This document shows, one piece after another, positions 8,996 to 16,271 of a stretch of DNA of 64,000 nucleotides. The notes under the pieces are model-generated. The model made no database searches, had not been told where the DNA came from, and saw only the letters and a list, made by a program, of their open reading frames with translations. Positions within the stretch are counted from its first letter, which is position 1. Every line of letters starts with the position of its first letter. The stretch comes from Gemmatimonadota bacterium (GTDB lineage Bacteria > Gemmatimonadota > Gemmatimonadetes > Gemmatimonadales > Gemmatimonadaceae): positions 159,478 to 223,477 of the forward strand of contig JAZKBK010000005.1 of the NCBI GenBank assembly GCA_040388625.1, in the 5' to 3' direction. Position numbers and translations under genes: made by a program.

Positions 8996-10870
8996 GTGCG
9001 ACGGAGCAAGGTCACCAACTGGTACAATTCTCCGGCTGTAATTCCCGGCCTGGCGACGGCCTTTGTCCTGGGTGGTCTCGCGGCATGGATCCTCAGGTTA
9101 CCCGTATGGGCCCATCACATATGGATGGCTGGGCTGGTTGCGGGTGGTGCAATCGTCGTGACGGGCACCATCCGCGGTGCGCTGCACGGCAGGTGGGCGT
9201 CGGACATCGTCGCGGCCATGGCGATCGTCACATCTGTCGTCATGGACCAGCCCCTGGCCGGCCTCATCGTGGTGGTAATGCAAACTGGCGGCGAGGCGCT
9301 CGAGCGATATGCGGAGGGTCGAGCATCGCGTGCGGTTCAGGAGCTCGAGGCGGATCGTCCCAAATCAGCCCACGTTCTGCGCGGCGGCGAAGTATCCGAT
9401 ATCAGAGCAGACGAGATTGTCGTCGGCGACAGGGTAATCGTACGCGCCGGCGAACTGATACCGTGCGACGGAATCGTCGAAGAGGGTAGATCCGAGCTCG
9501 ACACATCAAGGCTCACCGGTGAATCGCTGCCGCAGTCGATCGAGCCGGGCGTACCGGTCAGTAGCGGAAGCATCAACGGCGATCGGTTGTTCACGATGCG
9601 CGCCACTGCGATCGCCGAGGCCAGTCAGTATGAGCGCATCGTGCAGCTCGTTCGGGCGGCACTGGAAACCAAGGCGCCGTTTCAACGGATCGCGGATCGC
9701 TACGCCGTCTGGTTCACGCCAATCACGCTCGTGGTAGCTGTTGTCGCGGCGGCAACCACGGGAGACTATCAGAGATTCCTGGCGGTGCTCGTCGTCGCGA
9801 CACCATGCCCCCTCATACTCGCCCCGCCGATCGCGATAATCGGGGGAATCAATCGTGCGGCCCGGCGTCAGATAATCGTGCGCAACGGCGCGGCAATCGA
9901 GCGACTCGCGACCGCCAATGTTGCCGTGCTCGACAAGACCGGCACACTGACGATCGGAAAGCCCGTAGTTCATGCAGTCATTCCACATCCACCATTCTCG
10001 CGCGCAGACGTATTGCGTCTGGCCGGCGCCGTGGAGCAGGGCGCCGCCCATCTGCTCGCACGTACACTCACCGACGCAGCGAAGGCGGAGAATGCGTCTC
10101 TACCACCCGTTCGGGATGTCGTTGAAGCTCCCGGCCGCGGCGTCACCGGGAGTATCGGCGACGATACGGTGATGGTCGGCTCGCACGGTTTCATTGCTGA
10201 GCGTCTGACGCTGGACGCCGATAACTCGATTCCCGAGGATTCCTCCGTCGGACTCAAGGCGTATGTCGCGATCAATGGAAGATTCGCTGGCGTGGTGGCA
10301 TACGACGAGCAGCTGCGAGAGAGCGTGCCAGCAATTCTCTCCGATCTCGAGTCACTCGACATTCCACGCGTCCTGCTGCTGTCAGGCGATCACGGTGACA
10401 ATGCCCGTGCGATAGCAAAGTCGCTCGGCATTACCGAAGTTCGCGGCGATATGAAACCGGGAGACAAGGTTGATGTAGTAAAGGAGTTGACCGCAGCGGG
10501 TGCTCGCGTTCTGATGGTGGGTGACGGCACCAACGATGCACCGGCGTTGAGCGCCGCAACCGTCGGAATAGCGCTCGCAGGTCACGGCGGCGGTGTCACT
10601 GCGGAGGCAGCCGATCTCGTGATTCTGGTCGACGATCTGGGCCGCGTACCCGAAGCGATTCGCATCAGTCGCCACAGCATGAAGATCGCACGAGAAAGCG
10701 TCTGGGCCGGACTTGGGCTCAGTGGAATCGCAATGCTGTTCGCGGCCGCTGGCAAGATCGCGCCAGTGCCCGGCGCGCTGCTTCAGGAAGTGATCGACAT
10801 CGCGGTGATAATCAACGCACTACGCGCCAGTGCTGGCCCGCGACGACCCGTTCAGCGACCCATCAAGTAA
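8996..10870 (+). CDS. heavy-metal P1B-type ATPase with TPCP transmembrane motif (P1B-5-like); no N-terminal metal-binding domain and no hemerythrin domain
   Basis: Motifs LTGESLP, VATPCPLILAPP, DKTGTLT and GDGTNDAP. 624 aa, GTG start. Confidence 0.85.
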   Translation: MRRSKVTNWYNSPAVIPGLATAFVLGGLAAWILRLPVWAHHIWMAGLVAGGAIVVTGTIRGALHGRWASDIVAAMAIVTSVVMDQPLAGLIVVVMQTGGEALERYAEGRASRAVQELEADRPKSAHVLRGGEVSDIRADEIVVGDRVIVRAGELIPCDGIVEEGRSELDTSRLTGESLPQSIEPGVPVSSGSINGDRLFTMRATAIAEASQYERIVQLVRAALETKAPFQRIADRYAVWFTPITLVVAVVAAATTGDYQRFLAVLVVATPCPLILAPPIAIIGGINRAARRQIIVRNGAAIERLATANVAVLDKTGTLTIGKPVVHAVIPHPPFSRADVLRLAGAVEQGAAHLLARTLTDAAKAENASLPPVRDVVEAPGRGVTGSIGDDTVMVGSHGFIAERLTLDADNSIPEDSSVGLKAYVAINGRFAGVVAYDEQLRESVPAILSDLESLDIPRVLLLSGDHGDNARAIAKSLGITEVRGDMKPGDKVDVVKELTAAGARVLMVGDGTNDAPALSAATVGIALAGHGGGVTAEAADLVILVDDLGRVPEAIRISRHSMKIARESVWAGLGLSGIAMLFAAAGKIAPVPGALLQEVIDIAVIINALRASAGPRRPVQRPIK

Positions 10871-12279
10871 TCGATGACGTCGGACGCGGTGTACGTCGTA
10901 CGCGTGCCGAGGAAGTTCTGAATACCAAGCAGATCATCACCGCTCGTCAGCAGCGGCGGCTCCTCGATTCCGCCACCTCGCACCTGCGCCTGCCCGATGT
11001 TCGCTGTCAGTCCGTTGCAGAGACATTCACGACCCTCTGTGTCCGCGAGCGCGCCGCCCTTCTTGACGTACGCGTCCACCGGCTCGGCGGGACAGCGATA
11101 TCCAATGCGGCCATCCGCATCGCGATAGGCAGTGCGCAGATAGCCGAGATCGCATTTACGCTCACGACGCGGCCCGTCGGCGTTGTCGCCGACCCATCGC
11201 ACGACCTTGAAGGGATATCCTGTTGGCGACGCACGCGGATCCGTCACCACATCCAGGTCTCCCAGCGCTGCATGGGCCAGGACTTCCTTCTTGAGCGACT
11301 CAGCGATGCCAGATTCCTCGCAGTACGCGAATAGCGTTCCGACCTGAACGCCGGCCGCACCGGCGACAAGCGCGTCAACGAGTGCTTTCGGTGATCCGGC
11401 GCCACCCGCGATCCAGAACGGCAGACCGAGCTCGGCGATGCGTGCGATGTCGACGACGTCGCGCTCTCCATAGATCGGCTCGCCCCGCTCGTTCAGCTTC
11501 TGTTCACCTCTCGGTGGCGCGTTGTGGCCACCTGCGGTCGGACCTTCCACCACGAAACCATCCACGCGGCCGTTCGCCTTTCTGGCAAGCGTGGCTGCAA
11601 GCGACGTCGCCGCCACGATGGCGATGAATTTCGGCCGCTTCATCGGCATCGACTGGTCGACACCATGAGCCGCGGGATCGAAACTGAGAATTTCGGACTC
11701 CCCGGCCGGCATTCCCTCGACGTCGAATTTCATCGATGCAGTGCGATGCTCGGAGAGCGCGTCCAGCACGCCGGGGATCTCACGTGGGATTCCAGCGCCC
11801 ATCAACACGTAATCCACGCCAGCGAGCATTGCACCGCACAGCGACGCCAGATTTGGCAGCTGTACCTTGGCGAGAAGATTGACGCCGACCAATCCGTCGT
11901 GGCCTTCCCTGGCCAGATACACTTCGACGAAATTCGCGAGCATCGTGACCTGCTGGCGCGCGACGCTGACGTGTTGCTTGTACATCGGAAGCATCTTGTA
12001 CGGCTGAGCTGCTGCGCGACCATTCGGAAGGAAGTAGCGCTTGAGCGCATCCTCACCGACGTGGGCGATCGGAAAATGCTCGATCGCTCGCCGTATGTGT
12101 CCACCCGGATCGCCGTCCTGGAGTCGGCGCACGAAAACCGTATCGAGCGCAGTTCCCGAAACGACGCCAAGATGACCGGCGCGCGCAACGGCGCGCGCCA
12201 GAGGCCAGTTTGAAACACCGACTCCCATTCCACCCTGAATGATGGTCGGAAGCATGATGTTGCGCGGTACGGTAGTCAT
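10852..12279 (-). CDS. nitronate monooxygenase (2-nitropropane dioxygenase) family flavoprotein, long form
   Basis: N-terminus IIQGGMGVGVSNWPLARAVARAGHLGVVSG and TIM-barrel FMN-type motifs (PFWIAGGAGSP). The 3' end overlaps the ATPase 3' end by 19 nt (convergent). Confidence 0.75.
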   Translation of the reverse strand: MTTVPRNIMLPTIIQGGMGVGVSNWPLARAVARAGHLGVVSGTALDTVFVRRLQDGDPGGHIRRAIEHFPIAHVGEDALKRYFLPNGRAAAQPYKMLPMYKQHVSVARQQVTMLANFVEVYLAREGHDGLVGVNLLAKVQLPNLASLCGAMLAGVDYVLMGAGIPREIPGVLDALSEHRTASMKFDVEGMPAGESEILSFDPAAHGVDQSMPMKRPKFIAIVAATSLAATLARKANGRVDGFVVEGPTAGGHNAPPRGEQKLNERGEPIYGERDVVDIARIAELGLPFWIAGGAGSPKALVDALVAGAAGVQVGTLFAYCEESGIAESLKKEVLAHAALGDLDVVTDPRASPTGYPFKVVRWVGDNADGPRRERKCDLGYLRTAYRDADGRIGYRCPAEPVDAYVKKGGALADTEGRECLCNGLTANIGQAQVRGGGIEEPPLLTSGDDLLGIQNFLGTRTTYTASDVIDYLMGR

Positions 12280-12316
12280 GCGGTGGGAAGTTACGGTTGG
12301 CTGCTTCTGCGTTCAG

Positions 12317-12346
12317 TCGGGGTAAGCTGGAAATATCGTAAAGGAA
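12317..12346 (-). promoter_or_regulatory. conserved upstream motif, copy 1 (shared with the nirK upstream region)
   Basis: TCGGGGTAAGCTGGAAAT-atc-GTAAAGGAA lies 38-67 nt upstream of the NMO-family ATG. It matches 29031..29048 at 17 of 18 positions, and the second 9-mer is identical to the one in the nirK copy. Confidence 0.5.
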
Positions 12347-12359
12347 TCCCCGACCATCA

Positions 12360-14156
12360 TCACTTGCGCGACGGATCTGGCGCCGCCGTAAATACGAACG
12401 TTTTGACTATCGCGAATGCAAACAGCACGAGCAACACCGACTGAAGGGCAGTAGTCTCGACCGTGGGGAACACTCCCAGCCACGAAATGTCGGGTACGTG
12501 CGGCAACGGCGTCATCGGCAGCACGTTACCCTCCTGCAATTCCCGTATTCCGCGACCCGCGAACACGAACGCCATGTAGTACAACAGCAGGCTGGTTGCC
12601 GCGAAGAACGTCCGCATCGGAATCTTTACACCGAACCGGTAGAACAGCACGAATACGATGCCCAGCGCGACGGAGCCTGTGACAATTCCCAGCGTGAGCG
12701 GCAGCGCCGCGCCGTGTGCCTGACTGAACAGCGCCTGATAGAAGAGAGCTGTCTCTGCGCCCTCGCGGTACACCGCAAGGAATGCGATGAGCATCAATGC
12801 TCCGCCACTACCTTGCTCCAGCGCCAACGACACCTTCTCTCTGATGAACTTCTGCCATTTGTGCGCTTCGACCTTGGAGATCAGCCAGTAGCTGACGGAG
12901 AAGAGCACCACGACTGCAACCAGCAGCGATACCGCTTCGACGATTTCGCTGCTCGCTGGAATCGCGGCGAGCGCAGTCTTGAGGATCACCGCTGTTATCG
13001 CGCTGGCGACGACACCGAGTGCCGCGCCGATCCAGATGGAGCGCAACCGTTTACGGTTTCCGGTCTTGATGAGAAACGCGACTACGGCACCCACAACGAG
13101 TATCGCTTCGAATCCTTCTCTGAGGATTATGATGAACGATTGCCAGAACATCGTCACGGCACCTTCGTCACTTCCATTTGCGAGCGCCACCGCGCGCGGT
13201 AGTGTGTCTGCGATCTCGTTGCGAGCACGAGTCGCCGCAGCCGTATCACCGCCGCGCACGGCGACCCTGAACTCGCCGAACAAGCGCTCCAACAATGAAA
13301 CCAGTCGGGGGTCCTTCGCGCGCACGACAGTTTCGAGCGGCTCGAAGGCGAGATACGCGTCGAACGCTCCGTCGCTTGCCGTGGCGGCGTTTCCGCGCCT
13401 CGCCGATGCGAGCGAGCTGTCAAGCAATGCGACTATCGAGGCCGCGGTGCTGCTGGCACCGGCTCCAGCGCCGGCAGCCTGCGACGGGAGTGGCATCGGC
13501 TGTCCGCGCAGCTGGTACACATAGTTCACTACCTCCCATCGCTGCTGAGGAGTGAGCGATTCCCCGAACGGCGGCATGGCGGTGCCGTTGATGCCGACCG
13601 ACGTCACATTGTACGCAAGCGTCGGAGTCAGATTCGGGGTGCCCGCCGCGCTTCCGATCGCCGGCACAGCCGTGGACAGAGTCCGCGCCACGGGTCCGTC
13701 GCCGAGCCCGCGCGAGCCATGGCACGAAGCGCAGCTTTCCGTGAAAATCTGTCGCCCGACGGCGGTATCGAGTGGTGCGGACGGCAGCTCCAGTGCAGCT
13801 GCATCGCCCAGGGCCGAAAGCAACGAGGCCCGGTATTGCTCCAGAGCCGCCGGCGGTCGTTTCTGCTTCACGGCGTCGATCAGTTCCTGGAGTGCCGCGC
13901 TGGCGGCCGGAGCGTCCCGTCCCTCCAATCGGCCCGCGACCTCACTGGCGTTTTCCAGGAATCCGGCGACCTCGGCGTACTCCTCCGCCGAGATAAGCTG
14001 GCCTCGCTTGTCGACCGCCAGCCCGTACTCGGAGACTGCGACCGATACGATGCTCGCCAACCTTCTGGCGGCCGTATCCTGGGATCTCATGGTCGCTGGC
14101 GTAAGCCATAGTGAGGCGAGGGCGCAAAGGCACCCTACCCGCCGCTTGCAGTTCAT
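12360..14156 (-). CDS. cytochrome c - FTR1 (high-affinity iron permease) fusion protein
   Basis: N-terminal signal, haem-binding CASCH plus distal MPPF, then a 7-TM FTR1 part with two REGxE motifs (ILREGFEAIL, VYREGAETAL). Confidence 0.85.
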   Translation of the reverse strand: MNCKRRVGCLCALASLWLTPATMRSQDTAARRLASIVSVAVSEYGLAVDKRGQLISAEEYAEVAGFLENASEVAGRLEGRDAPAASAALQELIDAVKQKRPPAALEQYRASLLSALGDAAALELPSAPLDTAVGRQIFTESCASCHGSRGLGDGPVARTLSTAVPAIGSAAGTPNLTPTLAYNVTSVGINGTAMPPFGESLTPQQRWEVVNYVYQLRGQPMPLPSQAAGAGAGASSTAASIVALLDSSLASARRGNAATASDGAFDAYLAFEPLETVVRAKDPRLVSLLERLFGEFRVAVRGGDTAAATRARNEIADTLPRAVALANGSDEGAVTMFWQSFIIILREGFEAILVVGAVVAFLIKTGNRKRLRSIWIGAALGVVASAITAVILKTALAAIPASSEIVEAVSLLVAVVVLFSVSYWLISKVEAHKWQKFIREKVSLALEQGSGGALMLIAFLAVYREGAETALFYQALFSQAHGAALPLTLGIVTGSVALGIVFVLFYRFGVKIPMRTFFAATSLLLYYMAFVFAGRGIRELQEGNVLPMTPLPHVPDISWLGVFPTVETTALQSVLLVLFAFAIVKTFVFTAAPDPSRK

Positions 14157-14222
14157 ATCCGATAAAAACTATCGGGTTACACTTGTACCGCTACTGCGGG
14201 CCTGTCCGGCCGCGAGGCCGCT

Positions 14223-14645
14223 TCAGACAGGGGTGGCTCCGGGCCGCCGCCGGGCGCCGTCGATGGTCCGCCAGATATTGTATACAAAACAGTATGCTGC
14301 GACGGCTGCCAGGACGCCTCCCGTGCCCAGCACGAACGGCGCAGCCGGCACTGCATTTGGCGCGAGGCAGAAGCCGATCACCATCAGCGCCAGACCTGCA
14401 TTGGCGAGCCACCATTGCACAGCTGCCACGCTCCGATTGTGCAACGGATGGCCAGTGAAACGCGGAATTACATGATATGCGACACCGTAAATCATCATCG
14501 TCACAAAGCCCAGCAGATTCATGTGAACGTGCGCAGGCCGGTAGATAATGAGTTGCGGATGCACGGCCATGGCGACACCAAGCGTTACGCCGAGTGCGAG
14601 CCAGGTGATGCTTGCCTTGAGAAACGCCTTTACGAACCACTCCAT
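14223..14645 (-). CDS. 4-TM membrane protein with HxH..L.GF motif, copy B
   Basis: 140 aa; TM2 reads AHVHMNLLGFVTMMIYGVAYHVIPRF. It aligns along its whole length with 1679..2143. Confidence 0.75.
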   Translation of the reverse strand: MEWFVKAFLKASITWLALGVTLGVAMAVHPQLIIYRPAHVHMNLLGFVTMMIYGVAYHVIPRFTGHPLHNRSVAAVQWWLANAGLALMVIGFCLAPNAVPAAPFVLGTGGVLAAVAAYCFVYNIWRTIDGARRRPGATPV

Positions 14646-14809
14646 TTACACAATTGCGTGTGAGTGAGATACATCTGCTGCTTGTGACGCAACTTACGTG
14701 GACGAGGAATTGATCGGTGTCGGCGTTTCCCTGAAGTGAGCGCGGCGATCTCCCGACACGGAATCCTGCGTCAGCGCACCGTGGCAGAACTTCTTTGTTC
14801 TGGTCTTCT

Positions 14810-15058
14810 CTAATCCCGGGCTGCGTCGACTGGGGCGAGCAAGGCTGTCCACAATCCTACGCGCTCGGCTGTAATCGCGTTTGGCGGCTCGAGCCGGTAC
14901 CGTGTGGGAACAGAACCGATCGGCCAACCAGCGAGGTAATCCTGTACTGTACCGGACACACCACTCCCACGCGCTTCCCGGACTGCGCGCGTGGGGTAGT
15001 GCACCATGATCTCTCCGCCACGAGCGGTGTAGCCAAGTCCCGTGGAATCAATCAGCAT
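14810..15058 (-). CDS. hypothetical 82-aa protein (weak call)
   Basis: The only sizeable same-strand ORF in the 434-nt gap of the operon. It starts 21 nt after the DUF2249 stop. No recognisable motif, and third-position GC looks lower than in neighbouring genes. Confidence 0.25.
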   Translation of the reverse strand: MLIDSTGLGYTARGGEIMVHYPTRAVREARGSGVSGTVQDYLAGWPIGSVPTRYRLEPPNAITAERVGLWTALLAPVDAARD

Positions 15059-15079
15059 ACGAGAACCTTGCGCTGACGA

Positions 15080-15334
15080 TCACTTCCGGGCAATCTGCAC
15101 GCGCCAGATTTCCGGTCCCTGTGCCTGATACGTCCACTCGAAAGTACCGGGATGCTCCGCTTCGAGCTGATACCGAAGCGGACGCGGATCGTGGTCGTTG
15201 ATGAGAATCATCGACTCCCCTTTCTTGAGACCCTCGAACGCGCGGAAGATGGTGGGATGCTTGTCGCGCGGAGGAATGACGCGAACGTCGAGCTCTATCG
15301 GGCTGGTGGACTGTGCTGCAGTTGACTGTGACAC
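15080..15334 (-). CDS. DUF2249 domain protein
   Basis: 84 aa: ELDVRVIPPRDKHPTIFRAFEGLKKGESMILINDHDPRPLRYQLEAEHPGTFEW, the typical single-domain DUF2249 pattern. Confidence 0.8.
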   Translation of the reverse strand: MSQSTAAQSTSPIELDVRVIPPRDKHPTIFRAFEGLKKGESMILINDHDPRPLRYQLEAEHPGTFEWTYQAQGPEIWRVQIARK

Positions 15335-15389
15335 GTATTACTCCTGATAGGAAAATTGGTATCTGTCGTTAATGGTGTGATTTCGCCTG

Positions 15390-16271
15390 CTATGCGTTGC
15401 GCCAGATTCTCACCTGGACTTCGCTGGTCTCTGGTTCGTCTATGATGAAGTGAAATCCTCGCTCTCTCAGGATTGGTAGAAGGAACTGTGGGACACGCTG
15501 ATTGACCTGGACCAGCATGCTATCAACAGGCAGCGTCTCGAGCGCTTCCAGCGTGCGCACCAGTGGCTCTGGAGGTTCGAGGTCGCGGACGTCGAGCCAC
15601 ACTTCCGTCCGTGCCGTGACACGGTTGTCCGCGCTGTCGCTCATCACGATTCGTGGTGCGACAGGTGCCGACGCCGTTGCTGGTGCCGTTGCTGGTGCCG
15701 TTGCTGGTGCCGTTGCTGGTGCCGTTGCCGAGGGCTCGATTGGTTCCTTTCGCCGAAAGAACCAGACCGACCAATCATCATCGGCATGCTGCTCGACCTT
15801 GTGACCAAAGCCGCGCTTCTCCATCACTCCGAACAGCGGCACCGGCTCGAATGGGGCACGTAGATGCAATACCGCGTCATCACCGAGCCCAGCGACAGCA
15901 GCCATGATTCGCGAGAACGGCTCACCTCCCTTCTTGAGCTCATCGCGCACGTCCAGCTCGACGACGGATGTGAACGGGGGCAAGGGGGTCGAATCGTCCG
16001 ATGTTGCCGCGACCGGACTTGCGGAAATACTTGCGCCTCCGATTCCGAGTACGCCGTTGAGCTCGTTTACGAGAGACTCGACGTTCATCTTGCAGACGCG
16101 AGCTGCCTGTGCCACCGTGGTCACACGGGCCATTATCCGGCGCATCGGCGAATGACGCAATTTCGCCAGTTGCGGTGAGTGGCTCGCTATGACGTCGATC
16201 AAACGCTCGTCGCGCTCGAACAGGCTCTGCAGCTTGTCCGACGCCTGTACAGGGGTAATGCTCGTATTCAT
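15390..16271 (-). CDS. DUF1858-like N-terminal domain plus two DUF2249 domains, with an (ATAP)n linker
   Basis: Start at ATG 16271 (MNTSITPVQ), overlapping the upstream stop as ATGA. The two domains begin VELDVRDELKKGGEPF... and VWLDVRDLEPPEPLVRTLEALETL... The 180-aa Arg-rich extension in the ORF track is rejected. Confidence 0.8.
   Translation of the reverse strand: MNTSITPVQASDKLQSLFERDERLIDVIASHSPQLAKLRHSPMRRIMARVTTVAQAARVCKMNVESLVNELNGVLGIGGASISASPVAATSDDSTPLPPFTSVVELDVRDELKKGGEPFSRIMAAVAGLGDDAVLHLRAPFEPVPLFGVMEKRGFGHKVEQHADDDWSVWFFRRKEPIEPSATAPATAPATAPATAPATASAPVAPRIVMSDSADNRVTARTEVWLDVRDLEPPEPLVRTLEALETLPVDSMLVQVNQRVPQFLLPILRERGFHFIIDEPETSEVQVRIWRNA
15673..15729. repeat. 12-nt tandem repeat GCCGTTGCTGGT x4.5 encoding the (ATAP)n linker
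   Basis: Direct reading of 15673..15732; it encodes PATAPATAPATAPATAPATA on the minus strand. Confidence 0.9.
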
